A stretch of 64,000 bases of DNA, from positions 3,348,001-3,412,000 of the forward strand of contig NEEC01000007.1 of NCBI GenBank assembly GCA_002189035.1. The letters run 5' to 3'. This DNA is from Utricularia gibba. Taxonomy: Eukaryota; Plantae; Magnoliophyta. How positions within the stretch are numbered: position 1 is the first letter of the stretch; each line of letters opens with the position of its first letter. The position numbers and the translations under genes are program-made. Below the pieces are notes generated by a model that was given only the letters and a program-made list of their open reading frames with translations, did no database searches and was not told the DNA's origin. Below, piece by piece: positions 55,002 to 64,000 of the stretch.

Positions 55002-56788
55002 TCAGTTGGTGTACTGAGTAACTTTGAGGCGATAAAGCAGCATCTTTTTCTTTTTCGTGGAATTGCTGATTATGAGGAGTATCTTACCTAGCTCGCCAGC
55101 TGGGAATCTACCAGAGACGATTGGCTCATCAGTTGGAAGCATCTTACGAGTCCTTTGGATGAGCACTGTGAATCCAGACTTCGGAATGAATTCTGCGCTG
55201 TATCTGACTCCCCATCCAATCACTCGAAGCTCCCATACGACAGTGCACATCTGCAAAGTAGTCCATGAGATCCATACTTGACGGGAACGCAAAAAAAAAA
55301 TGTTGATAACAAACCTCATTGACGGCAATCTCGATGGTTCGCTTAGTTGCTGGTTTGATTGTGAGCTTTGTAGCAGGATCATTCATGGTGAACTCCGGAT
55401 TGCATTCACAGGGATCCAAGCTGAGACCACCGTACACTACCGGCACTTGTTCTGGTCGTATGTACCTGCGGTAGCAACAATGTTATAAAAAATGAGAAAC
55501 AAGCTATCCTGTACAGAAGTTGGCATGACCAATATTGGATCACTAACTTGAAGAGGGTTTTGGCCGTCTTCATCGGACTGGAAAACACGAATTTGCTCTT
55601 GGTTCGTTGCGTGAGAAACGGAGTCATCATTGAGTAGAAAGCCAAGTACCACCAAGGAACATTTATGAAAACCTATGTGAACAAAACGTTGGTCGAGTGT
55701 GATTCAAACCGCATAAAGGTTTCTCACCAAGAATGCAGAAGGTCTGATCCAACGACAACAAAATATAACTACTCCAGAATTGCCAAGCTGTAAGTGCGTC
55801 CCAAAAATTGATATGTTGGTGATGACAATTGAGTCAGAACTAAAAAACTTGCCTGCTTTGCAACGAAGCCAGGGTAATTATCCTGCAACACTTGCAGCGC
55901 TTGTTGAGTTGCACTCCTCAGTCCCCTCAGCCCTGGGCCCGTAGAGTTTTTCAGGTCACTAACCTGAAAAATGGTGTTTATCCCACCAGGGCTGTAGTCC
56001 AACTTCCTTATATTTCTCTCCAAGAACTGAATCCTCCACCGCAGAAACCTCACTCTCTTATCTTCATCAGCAAAGGCTTTTGCATACACCTCTTTATTCG
56101 TAAACTCCCCATAGACATTATAACAAACAGGACGCCCGCATTTGTCTTGCCCGTGCATGAACACGATCTTCTCGAAGTCATCGCCTAAATCTTGCTTCAC
56201 CAATTCGTCTACACCAAAATCCCTTCTCCATTGTATAGTATTTCTCAGCATGGAGAAGGCTTCATTGACGTCGAAATCGCGCGCGCGTAAAAATTTGAGC
56301 AAAACAACTTCCGTTCGATCGTCTTTCATCAGAGGCACCTCCCAAATTGAGGTGTCATTTACATTTGAACCTGCCAATAGATGTTTCATATCTTCTAATG
56401 CTTTGAGCTCGAGATCTGAGAGATCCTCAGATTTGCTGCTTTCTTCCTTGACAGAAGTCGGCGACAGTGGAGACTTATTCTTACTTTTCTTGTCCACTAC
56501 TGGCGTCTCCGAAGATTCAGAATCCGATCTCATCAACATAGAAGCCAGCTTTGGACTCTCTTCTCTTTCTCCTAACGCTGCCATCACCGTTACACGTGGC
56601 GTAGGTAACGGTTCTTCTTCTTCCAAGACCGTGACCGCCGATTCCAGCTTCACCTCATGAACTGTACCCGACGTCTGGGGTGACGCTGGAGTTGGGGCTG
56701 AATCCTGCAGAATGCCCAACTCCACCGACGCCAGAGGCGGCTCGAATATGGATTCCGGTGGGAACGCTTGGAGAGTCTCATCCACCAT
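55002..56788 (-). CDS. PATL: Patellin (Sec14/CRAL-TRIO plus GOLD), PATL3-like; 4 exons
   Basis: Acidic N-terminus, then LLKFLRARDFDV...QDNYPGFVAKQ | VFINVPWWYLAFYSMMTPFLTQRTKSKFVF | YIRPEQVPVVYGGLS... | GOLD domain VVWELRVIGWGVRYSAEFIP...KKKMLLYRLKV. The first intron is GC-AG. Confidence 0.95.
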
Positions 56789-57519
56789 TTGGAGATTGGT
56801 GGTGCGTCACGGGAACGATTGTTACTCAACTCTGCTTCACTCCTATTCCTCCTCCTCTCAACATGGTTTAGGTAACTTTTGATGACAATCTGGGTCATCA
56901 GGCCACCCAAATATGATGTATTTTTTACAACACCGCTTATTAAAATATTTATAAAAAATAATAATTGAAAAATCAGCAACAAGAAAAGATACGAAATTAA
57001 TATTTTCATTTTAGTTTCATCTTGAAATTTAAATAGTATTAGAGCATAGTGGTATCATTATGCAGCAAGTTAAATTTCATATACATCTAGATTGATTGGT
57101 CTTTATTTTATCTACTGTAGTATATTATAAATGTTCATAGCATGCAATCTTAAATTATTCCATATTTAAAATAAAATTGAAGCCTCGAAAACAAATTAAA
57201 TTCGAGGAAACTCTATCCAATTATTCAGAGAAGATGAATAAAGCCGATTAATGTATGATGATGTGACAACACCCACCGAATAGGTCGGATAATATGCCCG
57301 ATTTTCTTACATGCACCCCCGGGTTGGGGGCCAGACGCCATTTTAGAACACATGGGGAGAGAAGTGAAAATTATTCATTCATTCATTCAGGCTTGTATTG
57401 TTCTTTGGTTTCGTGTGTTTGGAATTATCGGAAATGGGACCCGCCAATTATGTATCGCTGTTCGGGGTAAGAAGATGAGGCGCATGCGGCGGGTGGTGAC
57501 GCGGCAGTTGCCCAGAGCG

Positions 57520-57590
57520 GGCACGCAGACGCGCGTGTGACAAGGTACGCCGGTAGGAGCGGTCGGACGGTCGGTCGGTCGGTCAGTGGT
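57520..57590 (-). promoter_or_regulatory. Candidate stress-response module upstream of the patellin: tandem DRE/CRT cores plus CGCG/CE3-like box
   Basis: Minus strand ACCGACCGACCGACCGTCCGACC gives three overlapping ACCGAC cores (57570-57583) plus TCCGAC. ACACGCGCGT lies at ~57530-57539. The module is in a GC-rich island about 750 bp upstream of the ATG. Confidence 0.45.
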
Positions 57591-58299
57591 TATCTCTGTT
57601 CTGTTCAGGAACTAGGGGCAAAACGGGGTTTCCAACCTGGCGCATCCATACGTAAAGTATTTAAGGCCTAATTTTGTAAAATACTATTGTCAAGTTAATT
57701 TTATTACTTATATACCTTTTCCTCTTTAGTACATCTGCTATTTATCTTTTTTATCATTCTTTATTGGCAAGTTACTTTAGTTAGTCTATTTCTTTGTATT
57801 TTACCTTTGCTAACATTTTTATTGACAATTTACCTTAAATGTTCATTTATTTTGGCTATTTACATTTTTTTAGTAATTTACTTTCAGTATTCATTTTTTA
57901 TTGATAATTTACTTTAAATATATAGCTTATTAGCAATTTATTGTGTTCAAAAGCAATTGACATAAATAATGAATAATATATATAATATTATTAATACATG
58001 ATTAAATATTATATTTATTAAATTACAAAGATTAAAATAATCAAAATAAAACATTGTGTTTGAATAATTATTATCATATTCAAAATATACTATAGTGTTA
58101 CAATATTATTAACATATTCTGTAATTTTCATTCATTGATTTTGAAATAAAATTTAAAAATGTATAATTAAATAATTAATTACTTTATGAATCAACATCAT
58201 TTTTTCTTATCCTTCCTCGATAGTCCAAAATGTTGTCCTCACCATCCCAAATGAGATTTTTGTGATGACCTCAACAATGAATCAGATGGGATGATTATA

Positions 58300-60400
58300 G
58301 AAGGAAATATGAACATTGATGATTGTGGATACCTCAAAGAATTTCTAGCATTAATATAGCCCGAGTTATCTATAAGTTTGTGATTTTTCCTTAATATGAT
58401 GAATATTGGATGCTTGTGGCTGAGCATGAGAATCAGAGGGCAATAGGATGTTATCTAATCTTTGGTGTAGTATATACCTTGACGGGCAAAGTGAATCCCA
58501 TCGATATGTTGTCGCATGATAAAATTGATCAAAAGGTTGAGAGTTGAAATCCCTAGGATCTGATTCATTAGTAACACTCTTATGACGTCTTCCTGAATTC
58601 TAAAAATCCACAAGTCCCTTGTGACTTGCCATGTTTTGTGCACTTTCTTGATAGATCAACTTGAAATAGAAATAACATAGGTGCTGAATAATACTCATCT
58701 CATACCAGTAGAACTTGAGCACTATATGTATTCACCAAATATATTGTCTTATAATACTCGTTCATATGATCTCTTGGCTTTATCTAAAATGGATGGCAAG
58801 CCTACATTTTATAAAAGTGAACACAATCATTAATATTTAGTTAATAAATCATTGAAATGAGTTGCACAACATACCTTTTGTGTATGAGCACATGAATACC
58901 TATCAAAATGTCAAACTCTGCAATCACATGTCTACTCTCGAATGCATACCCTATTAATTGTTGTACCATGCAGGCCTATTAATTTCACTTCTATAATCAT
59001 ATTTCTTGTATCATATATTATGCATGTAAACAAAGAAAGTTTTCTAGAGGCTCCTCATACTTCTTAGTAACTTGATCACCAAAGGGAATCCCTTTGTTTT
59101 GTTTGTGGAGTACATCTATCTTATACTATTCAAAATATTGTCGAGTCTTCTTAAATGCCACCTAAATAAAGATATATACATATGATTATTACAATATATA
59201 ATAACTTATATTGATAATGAGATTACCTTTGACAATCCATGTAGGTGTAACACATCGATTCTCTTGAAGTACATTGTTTAAGAACTCTACATAATTCATA
59301 GTTATTATTGTATGTTTGATTATCAAAATATAAAGTTAATAAAATAAAATAATTTAAAATAGAATATGAATATAAAATTGATAAATGTACATATAGCCTC
59401 TATCCTAAAGTATCATTTATTCCTCATATGTGATATTGCTCATGTATTCAACAGTTTTTGAGGATCATCATGCTAACAAGTTCATTACATGTATTAAATT
59501 TATCACATTCTGAGCATATGCTACTTGCATAATAAATTGTGAAATTCCTTTGGATTTTGAGCTAATAATGGCTCATACAATTCTTTCTTATGCGAAATAC
59601 ACACCATATATGTATCCCATGAGGGGAATTGAATTGTAGATAAGTTTCATACGTAGAAACAAGTCCAAAACCATGATTACTTATTACAAAAACTCCATGT
59701 CTTAAACGGACATGTATATCCAACATTCATAAAAACCATCCTCAATCAAATCCAAACTGCAGTGGAAATATTGCATATGCAATAAGACATACATAGTTGT
59801 TGACGTCAACAACAACAACAACCAGTAACTTATAATTATATCGACCATAAAGATGAGTACCATCAATACATAAGACTAGATAACAATATTGAATGGTATT
59901 CGTTGAAAATCCATAAGCTCAAAATATATGAGTAAAGTGATCCCATTTTCACCCATAATAGATTTATATTTTTCAATAGTTTTAGGATTTTGTTTATACA
60001 CCTCCATGAGATACCATAGCAGATCTAAAGTTGATGTTTCTCATGAATCATATTGTAATTCATATGCCCCATATTAAACAAGTCCATACAGGCTAGTCTT
60101 ACACTTCATAATTTTTTTTTATTAATGATTATCATAATTTCCTTAGCTTTTAATTGAGAGTGTAGTAGAGTAACTAAACGAGGAGCAATATAAAATAGAT
60201 AAGTTGACATGTGTATTTTTTCCAAATTCCGATGTGACATCACGTGTATGAGAATGTACAAGTTTAGTAATTTTCCACGTAGCCGTCCATTGTGCATCCC
60301 TGCACACAAGTAGAATGGACATATGAATTTTTCAGAAAGAGCTTTAGCACAATATATCTTATATTGAGTATTATTATTCTTTTTCACCTTTCTCTTTGAA
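58300..60400 (-). mobile_element. Second decayed MuDR/MULE transposase
   Basis: Minus-strand YAIFPLQFGFD*GWFL*MLDIHVRLRHGVFVISNHGFGLV...HIWCVFRIRKN (~59780-59580) resembles the MULE catalytic core, and TCDCRV...CAH (~58930-58880) resembles a SWIM finger. Boundaries approximate. Confidence 0.65.
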
Positions 60401-61245
60401 CCACACAAATATAATATTTCACAATCACATCATTTAAGCTTTGTTTAGGTTTGAAATATATATCTTTTGGTAACTCCATTGTTTTTCATTATAATAATCT
60501 ATTTCCATTGATTTATCAAAACTATCTGCATAATAGAAATCATCTTCATTATGATGAAAAATATTTTGGTTGTTCGATTGTAAGATTGAATAACATTGAT
60601 GCTGTAAATTATTAGTAAATTCAAAATCCTGATCCTTAATAATATCTTTAAAAGTAGAAATTTTCTCATCAGTTGAATTCTATGAAAAATAATCAAAGTT
60701 AGCATATGAATATTCATGATATGTATGATCTTCATCATCATATAAATGAGAGATTCTTCGATAATTTATATATCATAAGGGTGTACATGATGAAAATCAA
60801 AGAAATATATAATAATTAGGTGCTAATGATAATATTTGATGAATAAAAATATTTTACAATTAATTTATGTCAAAGTCAAATATTGCAATTTATGAAATTA
60901 TTTAGAAATATACCTAGTTTCTGATTTTTTTAATAATCCACTCATTATACAAAATCTTTTATAAAATACATTCTTAATGATAATTATAAACATAACATTA
61001 TTTGGGAATTTTATCAAAACTTATTATTTGTTATGGATCAAAGAATTTTAAAAATATAATATGTCTAAATACACTAAAAATAATTATTTTAAGTTTGATG
61101 AACAAGTCATTTTTTATATTTTAATGTATAATTATAATAACACATTTTTTTACAACTTATTAACATCATTCAATACAAAAAAAGAATATTTATGCAAGTG
61201 ATATTTATTATTTCTAATGTTATTTTTCAGTTTTATTTATTACTA

Positions 61246-61787
61246 TGTTAAGGGTCAAATCGGTATCCGGTGTAAGACCGATTTAAGGTGATAAGTGCGG
61301 TCGGAATTTGCGTCACTTAGTCGCGTTGTTCGCGGTTGATTCGATCGAAACAAGAATGAGCGGGGGTTTTTTATGTGGAAACCGTCGGAAAGTAGAAAAA
61401 CCATGGAACTGCCGGAGCTCGCCGGAAAAGATTTCCACTAGATAGAGAGGGGCGAAGACGAGGTTACAAGTCTAAGAATTCTCTCTATTCCTTTTCTTGC
61501 ATCCAACCCCCACCTTCGTCATGATTCTTCCTATTTATAGGAGAGCTCACTCTGACCGAATTCTGACGTCTGCAAATATCGGTTGTCTTTTGCTCCTGCT
61601 ATATGATCTCGCTTTTCAAACATCGGCCGCCTGTTATGTCGTAATTCGGCTGCTTTTCAGACTGTCATATGGCCATACCTGTCAGATTTCTGACAGATAT
61701 CGATCTATCGTCTGGCGTTATCCCTTCAGGATCATTTTTGGCAACCTTTTAGGAGCCGATTATGTCAAACCGGTTTATCCCCTATCA
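61246..61787 (+). mobile_element. Solo LTR (family B)
   Basis: TGTTAAGGG...CCCTATCA with perfect TSD TACTA (61241-61245 and 61788-61792); paralogue of 24182-24711. Confidence 0.9.
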
Positions 61788-62949
61788 TACTAGAAACTCA
61801 ATATAGATGAAGAGTTGATTAGATTTTCATGGCTAGTAGCAATTGAAATGCATTTACATGTTTGGGCAATTCCAAAATTTTCAAATTACACAAATAAAAA
61901 TTTTCCAATATTGAAATTCATGTAAATTTAATTTAATTGTCAATCCAAAAAAAATATCAAGAAATGATAATTTATTTGATATATTTTTTTACACAATATT
62001 TGATATCACCTTCATCATAAGATGTAGTTATATTTTCCAGTCTGTTCTCTTCTTTTGGATCCACGATTCTCTAATTTTTGTTTAACATGAAGTAAAGAAG
62101 ATTTAATGATTACAATTTTAATTGATTTTCTAACAAGAATCATGATCCTTGAAAATAAATAAAAAAAGAATCACAATACATTCACAAAAGGAATTATATC
62201 TCTTCTTTCAACAGTCCTAAGAGAAAGAATAAATATTTGCTATTGATCCCTATTTCCACCTATTTGAAGCCTTCATGAAGCATGAAAGTTAACGTTAGTC
62301 ATTTAAGAATAAAATAGTTATTTATGCCATGCAAAAACAAATGAAATATAATTTTTAAAATATAAAGTAAGGTAAAATACAAATAAAATAAGAAAATGAT
62401 GGTATATTACCAATTATGTTGAAATTGTTTATGTAAAATCTCATTGTATCCCTTCATTAAATTAACATAAAAATAAGTACAAAAGATTAGGTAAATTATC
62501 AATTAAATTAAATAATTGGGGTAAAATAATAATAAATTTCAAAATGAATTTAATATAATTTTTTTTAAAAAAAATTAGGATAGTTAACTTATTATCTCGA
62601 TAAAATCTCATTTGCATGGAGATGGTGGATTTTTTGCTGAATACCCTAACCCAAGCATACTCAATGTGTTGACAGAAATAATGTACTAACCAAAACATAA
62701 ACCCAACTAGCAAAACTCCTTGGGTGACTTTGGTTAGAGGTTTTTCATGAGTTTTCCTATAGGTTTACCATTAAACCCATATTTGGCATGTGGCTTGCAG
62801 GTGCATAAAAATAAATATGTCTGCTATCTACATTTCCACGAGATATTGTTGAGACTAGTTTAGATAAATTAAAGTGGGAGATCAATTTATGTGAACACGA
62901 TTTCTGACATAGCAGCAATATTTTTTCGTGAGTTCAATTTCTGAAACCC

Positions 62950-64000
62950 TGAGCTTACTTTCCACTTTGTATATTCTTTTGTTTGAGGCCTACTTTCTGA
63001 TAATATGCGTGGAATGCTCAGCCAACTCCTCAAGTAAGTAAACAGTTTCAATTGGTGTCTTTTTTCTCAAGAATCTCCCTACTGTTGAATCAACCATGGA
63101 CCTATTAGTGCACACTAATCCATCATAGAAATATTTGACCAAAAAAGTAGATTGAAAACCATGGTGAGGACAAGATCTAAACAATTGATTAAACTTCTCC
63201 CAATATTCATGAAGTGGCTCCCTAGTCATTTGCTGAATGTCACTGATTTCCTTTCTAATTCCTTAAGCTTTAGAGATAGGGAAATATTTGCTCAAGAATG
63301 CTTTCTTCATGTCAACCCAATCTGATATGCTTTCAGTTTCAAGGAATTAAACCACATCCTTGCTTCTCCTTCCAAAGTAAATTGAAATGCCCTCAAACAA
63401 ATTGCTTCTTCCATCACTCCTATAATTTTAAATGATGTGCAAACTATTGTAATATTATCCAAGTTCTCGTGTGGATTTTCTCCAATCTTCCCATAGGACT
63501 TTGGAAAAAAATTGATCATGACCGATTTAAGTTCACTTGCTGCATCATCTCGAAAATTGATACATAATCCGTTGTAAGTGTGGTCAGCAGCTTCTAATTC
63601 AATCAGTGTCTTCTCCTGTTTGGCCATTTTCAAATTCGGTAAGGAGTTTCTTCAACTTGACTGCTTCCCTTGACTTTTTTTTCGAGTCCTCTTAGCAGCC
63701 CTCTCAACCTCAAGATTGAAATCGAAATTCACTACACCAAAGGAACACAAATGCATCAACTAAAAAACACAAAACAATTGAACACCATTCCTCGACAATG
63801 GCACCAATTTGATAAACAGAAATTTTGAATATCGTTGCAATAAAATCAAATTCCATATCAAATAAATTTATAAGCCCTATTATTCACAAAATACAAGTTC
63901 AAAGAACATACATAGTAGTTTTTGGGGGTCGATCACAAAGAGCGAATGCTTGCTATGCATTCTAGTTTATGCAAGATCACAGAATAATTTCAGTTTTAGT
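62950..64000 (-). mobile_element. 5' part of an Athila-type Ty3 element: LTR end (runs off the window), PBS, gag remnant
   Basis: LTR end ...TTTATCA at 63810. PBS TGGTGCCATTGTCGAGGA (63806-63789) is a transition-decayed form of the Athila tRNA-Asp PBS TGGCGCCGTTGCCGGGGA. Gag fragments: FYGKIGENPH-like ...LRAFQFTLEGEARMWFNSL and REPLHEYWEKFNQLFRSCPHHG. Confidence 0.88.

Noticed and set aside
56142-56660. 172-aa plus-strand ORF, and similar antisense ORFs over NPF, RPL6 and CBP20
   Set aside because: These are shadow ORFs antisense to well-supported coding exons, with no recognisable motifs.

Overview
AT-rich angiosperm nuclear DNA with seven intron-containing host genes in small islands: eEF1B-gamma, CBP20, a GH28 polygalacturonase, an RNF170-like RING E3 ligase, RPL6, an NPF5-type transporter and a patellin. 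The islands are separated by heavily decayed, nested transposons: two MULEs, two hATs, a PIF/Harbinger, two Copia elements, a CRM-type Ty3, the 5' end of an Athila element, about nine solo LTRs (several with readable TSDs) and two Tourist-like MITEs. The standout observation is in the long second intron of RPL6. It holds three tandem copies of a box H/ACA-like RNA with the layout of snR30/U17: 5' hairpin, H box, internal hairpin, then a 3' hairpin with m1/m2 motifs and ACA exactly 7 nt after m2. Its m1/m2 motifs differ from the yeast/vertebrate consensus in the way needed to pair with the angiosperm 18S ES6 sequence as I recall it, making it a candidate plant snR30/U17 orthologue. The window also has a U12 AT-AC intron in CBP20, two GC-AG introns and an apparent 1-nt frameshift at the end of eEF1B-gamma. 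All of this was read by eye; no database searches or folding programs were run.
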